A stretch of 64,000 bases of DNA from Octopus vulgaris (lineage: Eukaryota): the NCBI GenBank assembly GCA_951406725.2, contig OX597818.1, forward strand, positions 124,930,001 through 124,994,000, written 5' to 3'. Below the pieces are notes generated by a model. The model saw nothing but the letters and a program-made list of their open reading frames with translations. It had not been told where the DNA came from and made no database searches. Each line of letters starts with the position of its first letter. Position 1 is the stretch's first letter. The position numbers and the translations under genes are program-made. Shown here one piece after another: positions 1 to 13,752 of the stretch.

Positions 1-235
1 TTTAATCACTGGACTACAGCCATGCTGGGGCACCACCTTTAAGGGTTTAAGCGAACAACTCAATCCCAGTACTTAGACAGGCTTCTTTCAGTTTCTGCCT
101 AGCAAATTCACTTGCAGGGCATTGGTCAGCCCAGTGCTATAGCAGATGTACCCAGGGTGCTACATGGTTAGGATTGAACCCAAAACAATGAGGTTGCAAA
201 GTAAACTTCTGAGCCACACAGCCATGCCAGCACCT
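1..235 (-). mobile_element. Degenerate CORE-type tRNA-derived SINE (family A)
   Basis: Reverse complement of the family A head and tail (ggcatggctgtg...; ccagcatggctgtagtc) with an internal deletion. Confidence 0.6.
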
Positions 236-1904
236 ATGATGAGACAAATTTCCTCCTGGATAGAAAACTAGTCTACTGCAAGTTACTTTCCTTGCAGGAG
301 AAACTGAAATCAGCTAATAAAGCACCACTATATTACCCTGCAATAATTACTTCCAACTCAAGCCACAAAAGGAACCTCTACATGGCTGTTCAAAAGGCTA
401 GAAATAGCAGCCTAATCTTCAAATTACAACCGCCCATCTTAAAGAAAGAAAAACAAAAGAATATGGACTATATGGCCCTATATACTTCAAAATAAGACAG
501 GATAGTCAAAGCTGGACTGCCAGTAATCATGGGGCTACTCATTCAGAGTTGGCCTGGAGTTTAACATGAGCCAACAAGAAAATTTGTGTTTGTCTTTGGA
601 TGCATCATAAGGTTATAATTGAATACAAACTATTAGGTTTTTGGCCTCTGACTACTTCCCTTGTTGCCTCCCTCTTACACACACACACACACAATGTGAC
701 CTGCTAGTAAAAGCAGCCAAATCCTCCTCAAACCACACCTTATCTTTAAAAAAGGTTATATTATATAATGTGGTCTAGAATACATTATCTGAAAGTAAGA
801 GATGGCCATAGCTTGATTGTTTCAATTACAGGTGTCTACTCAATCAGAGTCAACAACAAAAGCCTACTTCCAACTAAGCAGACTTGGTTATTATTGGTCA
901 AATGTCTTGCTCATGGACACAAAAATAGAGTGGAAAAGGAATTGACCACTGATCTCCTCTATTGGAAGGTAACCATAAGAAAAGAAAGCCAAAGAAGATA
1001 TAGAATGCCTGTAATTGTATATCTGTTTTAGTAGAGCTGGTCAGGAGCTAAACACCATCTTCATCATTTTAATGTCTGTGTTTCTATGGTTACATGGGTT
1101 GAACAGAATTTTCAGTGGTAGATTTTCTCCAGCCAGATACCCTTCATGTCTTCAACTCTCACCTCTTTCCAAGTAAGGTAACATTTCCCCCCATCGCTAG
1201 ACATGTTTTCATGGAAGAGTGCTAAGGACATCCCTTGTAACTATCAAGCAATATCAAAGCAAAGAGACAGTAAAACAAACAAACAAACACACACACACAC
1301 ACACACAGAGCAGGCTTCTTTTCAGTATACTGAATTCAATCACAGGGCTTTGCTTGACTCAGAGCAACAGTATAACGACACTTGTTTAGGGTTCTATTCC
1401 ATCAGCCCCAGAAAGATAACTAACAACATTAACTTACCAAAGAGGTTATTAAGTATCTAAGTCAAACTTCCTATAGCATCAATCATATCCATTATCCTTG
1501 AGAGCATATTGCATAATCTGGCTTTGAAAGATTAAAATGCCAACCATAGGTAAGACTAGGTTTATTAGTCCTACCTGTGTGAGTATAAGAGGTGTACAAC
1601 TAAGTATGTCATTAGAGTATTAACTTACAGACTAAACAGCTATAAGTATGTATCCTGCCGTGTGCACTGCTCTGCTTTTATTGCAAAGAAAATATCAATA
1701 GCACACTTTACCTGCATTTGGGTATGCACACATGCATGTATACACTCTACATAGATATATGACTCAAGGGTCAAGTGTTTTGTATATGGCAGTTATTAAG
1801 CTCAATGTTGCAAGTTCCAATTTTACCAGGAGTGATAAGTGCCATGCATGAAACTTTTCACTTTTGTAACTTTCTGTTCATCAAAAAAAAAGTGTGTGTG
1901 TGTT

Positions 1905-2118
1905 TAGGGGCTGCTGAAGAGTTCCTGGCCTTAAGGTTATCGCAAAAGGCCTGATTGGAGGCCCAGCTTTCTGAGTTCTTTTACTGGGATTAGAAAAACT
2001 GAAGGACCACTGCAATAAGTATGTGAATCTGAGAAGGGAATATGTTCTATAAAATCATAATTAACTGACTCTCTTGTATTTTCTTTTACTCAAAGCCAGG
2101 AACTTTTCAGCACTCACA
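1905..2118 (+). mobile_element. Mariner-derived MITE retaining the transposase C-terminal remnant
   Basis: TIRs gctgaagagttcctggc / gccaggaacttttcagc. The interior translates to GLEKLKDHCNKYVNLRREYV, resembling the mariner transposase C-terminus. Confidence 0.7.
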
Positions 2119-2139
2119 TGTATATCTACCTATCTGTTC

Positions 2140-2218
<79 letters not shown>

Positions 2219-2435
2219 AAGAGAGAGAGAATACCCAGTATGGACCCGAGAAAACCAAATAAGGCTCAAACTTGTAGACATACCAGCAACAGAAACGTCT
2301 GCATATATCACCTTCTTAATCAGAACTATTTCTATGACACACTCTTGAAAATGTCACCATTAATGAATGGCAGCAACTTTTACTGTAACTGATGACTTTT
2401 AAGGGACATTTTGGGTAACATTTTGATGTTTACTC

Positions 2436-2850
2436 ATAGGCGCAGGAGTGGCTGTGTGGTAAGTAGCTTGCTAAACAACCACATGGTTCCGGGTTCAGTC
2501 CCACTGCGTGGCATCTTGGGCAAGTGTCTTCTGCTATAGCCCTGGGCTGACCAATGCCTTGTGAGTGGATTTGGTAGACGGAAACTGAAGGAAGCCTGTC
2601 GTATATATGTATATATATGTATGTGTGTATGTGTGTGTGTTTGTGTGTCTGTGTTTGTCCCTCTAGCATTGCTTGACAACCGATGCTGGTGTGCTTACGT
2701 CCCCGTCACTTAGCAGTTCGGCAAAAGAGACCGATAGAATAAGTACTGGGCTTACAAAGAATAAGTCCCGTGGTCGATTTGCTCGACTAAAGGTGGTGCT
2801 CCAGCATGGCCGCAGTCAAATGACTGAAACAAGTAAAAGAGTAAAAGAGT
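2436..2850 (+). mobile_element. Full-length CORE-type tRNA-derived SINE (family A)
   Basis: A/B-box-like head (tggctgtgtgg...ggttcagtccc), CORE-like cttgggcaagtg, internal (TA)/(TG) tract and (gtaaaaga)n tail. More than 15 related copies occur in the window. Confidence 0.85.
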
Positions 2851-3310
2851 ATCTTCCTACTTCAGAACCAGAAAATACTTTGACCTCCAGTAACCCTCTA
2901 CAAAGCTCAAGTGAAACCGCAATGGAATACTGTACAGCTGCTATTCACAGACACTCTAAACCATGTCATAAGAAAGATCACTCACCAATAACACACATCC
3001 AACTTCAACAAACCAAAACGTCTCCTCTCTTTCACTTTTCAACTGTTACTACTACCATGGCTTCTGCTCTTGCAGCTGGTTGCTCTCCTGTCTCCTTCAC
3101 TCAGGCACACTTGGCTGTTCACTCATTTCACTTCCTCCTGTCACCCATAATGCATTCACACATACACACACTGCCATGCAGAGTCAATCCCACTGCGTGG
3201 CAACTAGGGCCTTTTACTACGGGTCACAGGTCAACCAAAGCTTGGATAGTGGATTTGGTAGAGACACACTGAAAGAAAATCATTGTGTGTGTATATATGT
3301 GAATATATAT

Positions 3311-3710
3311 ATCATCATCATCATCATTTAGCGTCTGCTTTCCATGCTAGCATGGGTTGGACGGTTCAACTGGGGTCTGGGAAGCCAGAAGGCTGCACCA
3401 GGCCCAGTCTGATCTGGCAATGTTTCTACGGCTGGATGCCTTTCCTAACGCCAACCACTCCGTGAGTGTAGTGGGTGCTTTTTATGTGCCACCGGCACAG
3501 GTGCCAGACAAGGCTGGTAAACGGCCACGATCGGATGGTGCTTTTTACGTGCCACTGGCACGGGACCAGGCAAGGCTGGTAACAGCCACGATTGGATGGT
3601 GCTTTTTACGTGCCACCGGCACGAGGCCAGTTGGGGCGGCGCTGACAACGGCCACGTTCGGATGGTCCTCTTACGTACCACCGGCACTGGTATCACAGTT
3701 GCAATTTCCA
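3311..3710 (-). mobile_element. RTE LINE 3' UTR with (GAT)n tail
   Basis: Same 3' end as the RT-bearing copies at 25880-27832 and 39133-40325. Contains tandem ggtgctttttacgtgccaccggcac subrepeats. Confidence 0.8.
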
Positions 3711-3994
3711 GTGAGATTATCTTTTACTTGTTTCAGTCATTAGATTGTGGTTATACTAGTCAAAAGAATCGACCCCAGTACTTATATTTTTAAGCCAGGT
3801 ACTTACTTATTCTATCGGGCTCGTTGCTGAACTAAGTTATGGGGACATAAAAATACTAACACCAGTTGTCAAGCAGTGGTGTAGGACAAATTCAAAACAC
3901 ACACAAGCATTCTTTCAGTCTGTCTACCAAATCCACTCACAAGGCCAGAGGCTATAGAAGACACTTGCCAGGAGCTGGGAAACTGTCTATGCAC

Positions 3995-4044
<50 letters not shown>

Positions 4045-4496
4045 CTGTCTGTGTGGTAAGTAGCTTGCTTATGAGCCACATGGTTCCAGGTTCAGTCCCA
4101 CTGCGTGACACCTTGGGCAAGTGTCTTCTTTTGTAGCCTCGAGCCAACCAATGCCTTGTGAGTGGATTTGGTAGATGGGGGGTCTCCTCCTCACATATTC
4201 ATACAATAGTATATATATCCAATACATCACATATTATATTTACAGATAAATTCCTCTACATAATATCGAGGTCTCTTTCATTCTTTTGTCTTACAATTTC
4301 TATCATCATCATCATCATCATCGTTTAGCGTCCGTTTTCCATGCTAGCATAAATATATATTGGTTGTACATATTCATGCGATAGCATATACACCCTATAT
4401 ATATATATGTATAGGTTGTATATATACATACAATCACATATACATCCAGTATATTTATATAGGTTGTACATATTCATACAATAGCATAAACACCCA

Positions 4497-4569
<73 letters not shown>

Positions 4570-4733
4570 TTCTACATATTCATACAATAGTATACACATC
4601 CACTATATATGTGTATATATGTATATATTTCTATATACATCCAATTTATGTCTACATATACAGACATATTACAATTTGTAATCTGTACATATATAATATA
4701 TACTACACAAAATAGATACAATCAATCAATCAA

Positions 4734-4782
<49 letters not shown>

Positions 4783-5009
4783 GTACATACATACAAACAA
4801 TCATTTAATGACCAATCAGCATCACCGTAAAAGGAGAAGCACACGCTATCATCAAAATCAATTCCCTATAGCCACCACCATCACCACAAGTTATTTCAGC
4901 ATCAGCAAGCAACCAAAGCAAAGCACAAGCTAGTGGTTGTGAGAAATGTGTGTGTAACGGCCATCTGCTTCAATCCTATCATTTATATATATATATATAT
5001 ATATATATA

Positions 5010-5169
5010 TGAGGGAAGACCATCCACTAATTTTCTTTTTTTTCTTTTACTTTTTAGATGAATGATATCAGATGCAAGAAATGAAATGGATGGTGGGAGA
5101 CTGAAAATCATTATATATATTTCATCATATACATAAATATTAGATGAATGATATGTGTATGTGTGTGTG

Positions 5170-5218
<49 letters not shown>

Positions 5219-5334
5219 CTGAATGATATCATCATCGTTTAACGTCTGTTTTCCACGCTAGCACGGGTTGTAAATATATATATATAGCTGAATGATATGT
5301 AAATATATATATATATATATATAGATGAATGATA

Positions 5335-5374
<40 letters not shown>

Positions 5375-5415
5375 TGATATGTACAAATATATATAGATAG
5401 ATAGATATAGATGAA

Positions 5416-5452
<37 letters not shown>

Positions 5453-5502
5453 TATTCATCTAAAAAGTAGAAAAAAAGAAAATTAGCATATGGTCTTCCC
5501 TT
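5010..5502. repeat. TA-flanked element with ~50-bp imperfect inverted ends and internal gatgaatgatat+(TA)n units
   Basis: agggaagaccat...tttttagatgaat (5012-5063) is inverted at 5454-5501. Confidence 0.55.
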
Positions 5503-5531
5503 TATATATATATATATATATATGTATATAA

Positions 5532-5826
5532 AACGGAGATGTACTTGCATAGCAAGTGACCTCATCTGAGACTGTGTGCTGGAACGAAAACAATTGCAGC
5601 TTGGAAGGTGTTTGTAAATTATTTAAAAAAACACACAGAAACCATTAGATTCAATTCAACATTTAGATTTAATTTGCAACACGGAATTTTGTCAGTGAAC
5701 AGGTTGCGGTCCCAAAGCAACAAAAAAATATTTTGGCAAATCAAATTTAAATGTTGAAGTGAATCTGAACGGTTTTTACGTGTTTCTTAAATGGCTTATA
5801 AACACCTTCCACACTGCAATTGTTTG
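5532..5826 (+). mobile_element. Fold-back Penelope-like terminal element, family H1, with a decayed G3:C8 hammerhead at 5688-5740
   Basis: Inverted arms ~5588-5677 and ~5735-5825, flanked by (TA)n. Homologous to 9877-10074 and 35787-36020. Confidence 0.65.
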
Positions 5827-5859
5827 TATATATATATATATATATATACATATTTATGT

Positions 5860-6040
5860 GAAGGCGTGTGACCTAGTGGCTAGGCTGTTGCACTCATGAT
5901 CACTAGAGCGTGGGTTTGATTCCTTGACTGGGCAGCGTGTTGTGTTCTTGAGCAAAACACTTCATTTCACATTGCTCCAGTCCCCCTTTCAATTGGGAAG
6001 AATGTTGGTCTGCTGGCCTAGTCAGAGGGGTGGTGTCAAT
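5860..6040 (+). mobile_element. tRNA-derived SINE family C (V/CORE-like domain)
   Basis: tRNA-like head followed by gtgttgtgttcttgagcaaaacact. Related copies at 33193, 34900-35200 and 63645-63975. Confidence 0.65.
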
Positions 6041-6069
6041 CGATAGCTAAATATATATAAATATATATA

Positions 6070-6471
6070 CAGGAGTGGCTGTGTGGTAAGTAGCTTGCTA
6101 ACCAACCACATTGTTCCGGGTTCAGTCCCACTGCGTGGCACCTTGGGCAAGTGTCTTCTACTATAGCCTCGGGCCGACCAAAGCCTTGTGAGTGGATTTG
6201 GTAGACAGAAACTAAAAAGAAGCCCGTCATATATTTGTATATATATATATGCGTGTGTGTGTTTGTGTGTCTGTGTTTGTCCCCCTAGCATTGCTTGACA
6301 ACCGATGCTGGTGTGTTTATGTCCCTGTTACTTAGCGGTTCGGCAAAAGAGACCGATAGAATAAGTACTGGGCTTACAAAAAGAATAAATCCCAGGGTCG
6401 AGTTGCTCGATTAAAGGCGGTGCTCCAGCATGGCTGCAGTCAAATGACCGAAACAAGTAAAAGAGTAAAGA

Positions 6472-6473
<2 letters not shown>
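6070..6473 (+). mobile_element. CORE-type SINE (family A)
   Basis: Close match to 2436-2850. Confidence 0.85.
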
Positions 6474-6516
<43 letters not shown>

Positions 6517-6519
<3 letters not shown>

Positions 6520-6814
6520 ACAATTGAGGGTAAAATTAATTAGCTATTAATCAATTTCACCAAGTATTCAGTATGTAAAAGGACCATTTAAGGCGAATTC
6601 AAAATATTACATTATATAATTAGGGCTTAGTAAAATAAATTACTTTGCCACATACTGAACTTGCTAGAAATAGCAGCAAAAAAATTTCTACTTAAAGAAA
6701 ATTTCTCTGAGAGAAATTTTCTTTAAGTAGTGGAAATGGCAAAAAAACTTTTTTTTTTTGCTGCTATTTCTAGCAAGTTCAGTATGTGGCAAAGTAATTT
6801 ATTTTACTAAGCCC

Positions 6815-6825
<11 letters not shown>
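6517..6825. mobile_element. TA-flanked fold-back element
   Basis: ~70-bp inverted arms (6613-6684 / 6750-6822) enclose a second palindrome at 6688-6730. (TA)n on both sides. Confidence 0.65.
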
Positions 6826-6846
<21 letters not shown>

Positions 6847-7589
6847 CAACAGGTTTCTTTCAGTTTCTGTCTACCAAATCCACTTACAAGACTATGGTCA
6901 GCCCAAGGCTATAAGAGAAGACACTTGCCTTTGGTGCCACAAAGTGGAGCTGAACCCAGAACCATATGGTTAGGAAGTAAGCTTTTTACACAGCCACACT
7001 TGTACCATATATATCATCATCATCATCGTTTAACGTCCATTTTCCATGCTAGCATTGAGTTGGATGGTTCGACCAGGGTCTGGGACGCCAGGAGGCTGCA
7101 CCAGGCTCCAGTCTGATCTGGCAGTGTTTCTACAGCTGGATGCCCTTCCTAATGCCAACCACTCCATGAGTATAGTGGGTGCATTTTATGTGCCACCAGC
7201 AATGGAGAGAACAACTTTTCTGTTAGTCATGAATTGAAAACAACTACTTTTAGTCCCTACTCACCTTTTTAATTAAGACTTCGCTATACTTCATTTGAGT
7301 TCCTAACATTTTGTTTAGAATACATGCGCACATATACACACATCAATACGCGTACACAGATACACAAGCACACACATACCTATATGTGCTCACACACAGG
7401 CATGTTTTTGCGAAAATCAGCTTTTCTTTCAAACACATTACACTGGAAATGTGACAGTTTGAAATTTTTAAGTTTGGAAGAATAGATAATAATCTATGAA
7501 AGAAAACTGAGGTGCTCTTGAATATGGATAGATGCTTTTAGAGTGCCCAACATACACAAATCTATTTGCACACATATGTATAAACAACC

Positions 7590-8095
7590 TGACCTGTGCC
7601 AATGATATGCAAAAGGTGCACATGCCGATGACAGGCAAAAAAAGCCCTGTGCTTGTGACATGCGAAAGGCACCCGTACCAGTGATACACGAAAGGTGCCT
7701 GTGCCGGTGACACATGAAAGGCAACCATGCCACTGACACACAAAATGCACCAGTCCTGGTGACACATAAAAGGCACTCGTGTTAGGGATATGCAAGACAC
7801 CTATGCCAGTGACACGCGAAAGGTGCCTGTACCATAACACATGAAAGGCACTCATGCCGGTGACACGCGAAAGGCACCCATGTCGGTGCCCATGCCAGTG
7901 TCATGCAAAAGGCATCCATGCCAGTGACACATAAATGGCACCCAGTACACTCAATGGAAAGGTTGTCATTATGAAGGGCATCCAGCTATAGTAACCAAGC
8001 TGAAACGAGCCTGGTGCAACTCTTCAGCTTACCAGTCCAGTCAAACTAACTCATGCCAGCAAGGAAAACAGACGTTAAGTCATAGTGATGATGAC
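7590..8095 (+). mobile_element. Diverged RTE 3' UTR with tandem ~30-bp subrepeats
   Basis: Repeated gccagtgacacatgaaaggcac units, then gaagggcatccagc and a gatgatgac tail. Confidence 0.6.
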
Positions 8096-8179
8096 GACCT
8101 GCTACAAAGAACAGTCAAAAATCCCTTGAAGCACATCCTACAATATTAAAAAAAAGAAGATACATTAAAAAATAAGATA

Positions 8180-8935
8180 TCTGCATCTACAAAAGGGTCA
8201 CCCATCTGATTAGCATAAAGTCACTTATAGTTACACATGAAGGCTCTGGCCACCAAATGCACTGTTTCCACTCTGTCTTTTCCACTGCTTCTATTATCAT
8301 GGCCTCTGCTATCTATGCTCGTGCCACTTTGACTCAAGACATTCCCATCCTACTTGTCTCTCCTTTTCTCATCATCCTTGTTGTGTCCCACCCACTCCAA
8401 GTTCCTAATCCTTCCTGGAACATCAGCCTCTAAAATTCTATCCTTGCTCATATCTTTACTGCAGGTATTGACAAAGAAAATGTTCAGGAGGAAAATCAAC
8501 AGCAAAAGTTTCGCTGGTGTAAAAGAGCTCGTAAGATCATGAGCAAAACCCTTTCCTTCAGATCCATCCACCCATCTTCATCTACTATTTTGGGAGGGTC
8601 GTGTGGGTAGAGTCATCAGAAACCTCCTTTACAGGGTCCTTCAGAAGCAACTGTCATTACACTTTCCAGTGGATTCCCAAGCATGGCCAACAAAGATTAT
8701 GGATATTATCCAACCATTTCATTCTTTGTCTATGCCTTAGACTCCTGCCAGTTGGTTTGGCATGAAAAATCTGTTTGGCAATTCTTTTAAGCGACATTCT
8801 AATCGTATGTCTGTTGTAATAGAGCCATAACCTCTCAGTGCAGAAAAGTAGCAGATCATCCAGGGGAGATTCTCTGATCTCCAAGTTATGCACCCTGTCA
8901 AGTAACGTTAGTCCAGAGATCTCGTAGATCCTTCA
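8180..8935 (-). mobile_element. RTE-clade LINE C-terminal remnant and 3' UTR (second family)
   Basis: Minus ORF 8657-8893 contains KRIAKQIFHAKPTGRSLRHRQRMKWLDNI, an RTE C-terminal motif. Confidence 0.55.
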
Positions 8936-9482
8936 TGTAAAAAGACAAATAAAATTTCACTCTTATAGAAAAAAGTCAGGATGGTCATAGTCAAAAGGCC
9001 GTTGATCATAAGAATGCTGGATCGGAACTAACACGGAGTTACACATCAACTGATAACTGTATACTTTTGAAACCATTCTACTAGATTGATTTTGATTTGT
9101 GCAGAAGCAGATGTCAGAATAAACAAGGTAAACAGATCTATATCACTTCTGAGAATGAGTATTCCAGTTGTTCGATCAACCTAATTGTCTATTCATTCAA
9201 TTAACAGCATCAGTAGTTGGATATTTAGCGAGCATGTATCCTTAACGTAATCTGACAGCTGATTTCGTGAGAGACAATGTGCAACAAGGATGGTTTTATT
9301 TTGAATTACAATCCTTTGACAAAACTTTCACAGAGTTTCCGTCAACCCATTTTCACTCCGAAAGCATTAAGTCCACCTGAAGCTACAGGTTTGACGAAAA
9401 CACTACGTAGTGGAAATGAACTCTTAAGGACCCTGTGAATGTGAAGCGAAATATTTAACCACTCGGTCGTTCCTACATCCAC

Positions 9483-9748
9483 CTCTTTCTTTACTACCCA
9501 CAAGGGGCTACACACAGAGGGGACAAACAAGGACAGACATAAGTATTAAGTCAATAACATCGACCCCAGTGCGTAACTGATACTTATTTAATCGACCCCG
9601 AAAGGATGAAAGGCAAAGTCGACCTCGACGGAATTTGAATTTTCATCCTTTCGGGGTCGATTAAATAAGTATCAGTTACGCACTGGGGTCCTTGTAATCG
9701 ACTTAATACCTATGTCTGTCCTTGTTTGTCCCCTCTGTGTGTAGCCCC
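9483..9748. mobile_element. Meta-domain-like tRNA SINE (family B) with internal inversion
   Basis: 9483-9640 is family B on the minus strand. 9641-9748 repeats the same segment on the plus strand, forming a ~105-bp hairpin. Confidence 0.75.
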
Positions 9749-9876
9749 AAGCTGAGACTGTCTGATTACGGCAAGTATACAAGTGTCAGTCACTTAGCCA
9801 ATTCAGTTGATTGAACTAGGATACTCATTGCCGAAACTGACGTAGTCATTTGTCGGAATTAAAATATATATATATT

Positions 9877-10070
9877 ACGGAGATGTACTTGCATAGCAAG
9901 TGACCTGATCTGAGATCGTGTGCTGGAACGAAAACAATTGCAGCGTGGAAGGTGTTTATAAGCCATTTAAGAAACACACAAAAACCGTTAGATTCACTTC
10001 AACATTTAAATTTAATTTGCCAAAACATTTTCGTCGCTTTAAGACAGCGACTTGTTCACTGACAAAATTC

Positions 10071-10074
<4 letters not shown>
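9877..10074 (-). mobile_element. Family H1 element with G3:C8 hammerhead motif (10016-10066, -)
   Basis: Minus strand reads tttgtca GTGAACA a gtcgc..gcgac GAA aatgtt t tggcaaa. Embedded in (TA)n. Confidence 0.7.
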
Positions 10075-10124
<50 letters not shown>

Positions 10125-10358
10125 ATGTATGTGTACAGTTAAACGAACCACGAGAGGACCTCTGACGGTCCGGCCACCAAATTTGGGCCCTTGACATCGA
10201 CCCTCAACCATAACTGCTCGATTCTTCGCTTTCTCTGTTTATATACAGTGAAATATTCTGCAGTAATTTTGTTGTCGAAATAAATTGATTGAATTGACAA
10301 AAAAAAAACAAAACAAAATAAAAAACAAAGAATCAAATTAAAATAAATACACACAGGG

Positions 10359-10383
10359 GCACGTGCTCACGTGATGTCATGAC
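10359..10383. promoter_or_regulatory. Cluster of E-box/CLEAR-like palindromes
   Basis: GCACGTGC-TCACGTGA-t-GTCATGAC, adjacent, in unique CpG-retaining sequence. Confidence 0.45.
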
Positions 10384-11022
10384 GCTAAATTTTTGCACAC
10401 AATTCCTTTACATACACCACCTCTTTCTCTCTACCCACCCTCATCACTTCTTTCTCTCTACCCACCCTCATCACCTTCTTACACACACACACAATTTAAT
10501 AAAATGTTTGTTTATCGCAATTTGCCGCTGGTTATTATGTAAATAAAACTGTCATGTGACCTCATTCACACACCGAACTGACGCAATGAAAACATATTTA
10601 TTAATATCAAAACCAAATTGTATGCATGTGCGCACACACACATACACACTCGTATATATACAACACACACACGCATTGTTGTCCAGTCTTGTTTCACAAT
10701 TAACGCATCCACCAGTGCTTGTCAGTGTCCGATTAGCAAACGGCAAGATGTATATGCACTTAATAAGGAAATTCAAAAGTAGTAAAGCACGGTTTGTCGC
10801 TGAGTCCAACTGAGTCCAACAGGAAACGTCGGGGTTCCTGTGATTGCAGAATCTGTCGTATCCTTTCGAACCAACTACCACCACCACCACCACCATCGTC
10901 TTATTAACCATTTCTTTGCTTTTATAGCAGATGAGAGGCACCAAGTAGTAAGAAGGAAGGCTTCAAGTGAGAAACGATTGATACGAAAGTTGAAAATAGA
11001 CGCTCAGTTATAAATAGTAGCA

Positions 11023-11060
<38 letters not shown>

Positions 11061-11063
<3 letters not shown>

Positions 11064-11191
11064 GGTGTCCCAAAAAAATGTATACACACCTTAAATAATT
11101 GTAAATTTGTTATTCTTTGTAAGCCTAGTACTTATTCTATCGTTCTCTTTTGCCGAACCACTATGTGTATACATTTTTTGGGGACACCCTG
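11061..11191. mobile_element. Tc1/mariner MITE containing a captured SINE fragment
   Basis: TIR cagggtgtcccaaaaaaatgtatacaca at both ends with TA flanks. 11110-11160 matches the family A SINE body. Confidence 0.75.
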
Positions 11192-11199
11192 TATATATG

Positions 11200-11245
<46 letters not shown>

Positions 11246-12190
11246 CATACACAGTTTGTTTATGTTTATTCGTATAAAAGCACAAGTGCTTTGATACACG
11301 TCTTGTAAAGGATCTGTGTGTATATATATATGTATATATATGAGTGTGTGTAATTAGTGTCTTCTGATATATAGAGAAAATGCATGAATTAAATGTAACA
11401 GGATGCATATCCAAGAATGTCACACAAGCACGCAGAATCTGAAATAGTAATACACATACACACACACACACGTGTGTGTGTGTATGTGTGTAATTATAGT
11501 CCATTGATATGTATAATTATACTCCATGGACTAAAAATATATATATATCTGTGTATGTATATATGTACGTATATATTCATGTATATATGTGTGTGTGTGT
11601 GTATGTATATCTATATAAATATATATGTATATAAATACGTGTTAGAATGCAAGGATTTAATGTGCTAGTGTGCAAGATGTCAAGTATGCCACACACACAC
11701 ACCATAGATATAGCTAGTGTAAACAATGTTGAGTACAATTCTTCATCTGAACCAAAAAAAATTCTTCAAGTGAAAGTGTGAAGCCTCATCAGAATCAGCG
11801 TCCATCAACGTTTCAAAGGAAATTTGCTGACAAGGGTTCCACAATACCCAAACCCCAGCTTCATTTACAAACACTCGTCTTAGAGAAGAAACCCCATATA
11901 CATGGTTATATTAATCGATGTAGAGACAACGTTTTATACATAGGTATATGTGTGTGTATACTTTACATATATGCATGATTGATTGATTGATTGAAAGATA
12001 GATAGACGGATAGATGGATGGATGGATGGATGAGAAAGAGATCACGTTTGAAGGATCACAGGTTGTGAGATGGCGGGAATCGGCCAACAGATTGATGAGT
12101 AATATTTCTCCCTATAGTACATCAATAACTGTATGTATGCATGTACTTATGTATTCATACAAAAAAAAACACGCACATAGAGACGTGTGA

Positions 12191-12271
<81 letters not shown>

Positions 12272-13101
12272 CATGCATGTATGTGTGTGTGTGTGAACGT
12301 AGGTAGTATGTGCAGGACGAAACATCGAAGTAAAAAACGGATCGACAGGTAAAGAGTTAATGCTGATTAGGTAAGGGATTCAAACGAAAATGTGAACCGA
12401 ATAAATATTTACTACATAATGTTCTCTCTCTCTCTCTCGAATATAACGTAAATGAGACCACACGACCAAAGAAGAACGAAAGAAGACAGAAGCAAAGAAG
12501 TCAGGATAGGGGATTAAAAAAATAAATATAAATAATAATATTTCACAGTGCTATTCGAGCATTACTAAACAGGCGGAAGGAATAGGCAGTGAGGAAAGAA
12601 TACACGAACGAAAGAAGAAGCGAAAATTCAAAGCAAAACATTATAGCGTGTCCATTTGTCATTTGAAAAAAAAAAAAATTAGAATGAATGAAAGTAAATA
12701 GCACAGGGAAAAAAAACAACCATACACACAAGAATATATATATATAATCATGACAGGTGTTTAAGGAGTTGCATTAACGGATATAATAATTTGCTGCATG
12801 ACAATTGAAATGAAAAACTGATATTTATTATATCAGCTACAAACAAAATAGAACGGAACGTGTGTGTGTGTGTGTAAGCGTGCATATACAGATGTATATG
12901 TTCTTTATTTTTCCGTGTTGTTGTTTTAACATATTTATCATCATATAGGCTAATGTCGCAGCAGCTTAATTATCCCGACTTATCGCATCGTTAACTATTT
13001 ATCGAGCACTTTGTGGTATTTATTGTGGTACTACCTCGGTTTATTATTTGATCGGTCAGAATGTGTTGCATTCAAAGTGTGTCACTTGCTGTGTGTGTGT
13101 G

Positions 13102-13146
<45 letters not shown>

Positions 13147-13347
13147 ACACAAATACATATACACAAACACATGTATGTTGAAAACTCGACCATCGTCTGG
13201 TCTTATGTTCATTGCCTTGTGTGTGTGTGTGTGAAAAAAGAATATGTACAAAATAAAACTGACAGAGAAATAAAGCCTAGGATTTGAAGTTTTTATATAT
13301 ACATAAAATACGTGTGCAATATGTTAGTTTATAAAAATATATGCGCG

Positions 13348-13388
<41 letters not shown>

Positions 13389-13439
13389 CTTTCTATTTGC
13401 CAGAGGCTGTTTCAATTACCACCAACATTGTCATCATCA

Positions 13440-13695
13440 TCACACACGCATGCATTCTACATACATATACACACACACACACACATATACATATACATAC
13501 ACACACACATATACATACACACACACACATACATACACACACACACACACACATACATACACACACATATACATACACACACATATACATACACACACAC
13601 ATATACATACACACACACATATACATACACGCACGCACACACACACACACATACATACACGCACGCACACACACACACACACATATACATACACG

Positions 13696-13752
<57 letters not shown>
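13440..13752. repeat. Compound (CA)/(TA)/(CACG) microsatellite
   Basis: Directly visible. It generates the spurious HT/CV-rich ORFs. Confidence 0.9.

Noticed and set aside
2673-3272. 199-aa ORF
   Set aside because: Starts inside a SINE and ends in another SINE fragment. No recognisable protein.
5703-5721. gttgc/gcaac versus gtcgc/gcgac as stem II covariation
   Set aside because: Equally explained by CpG deamination on both arms, so it was not counted as evidence.
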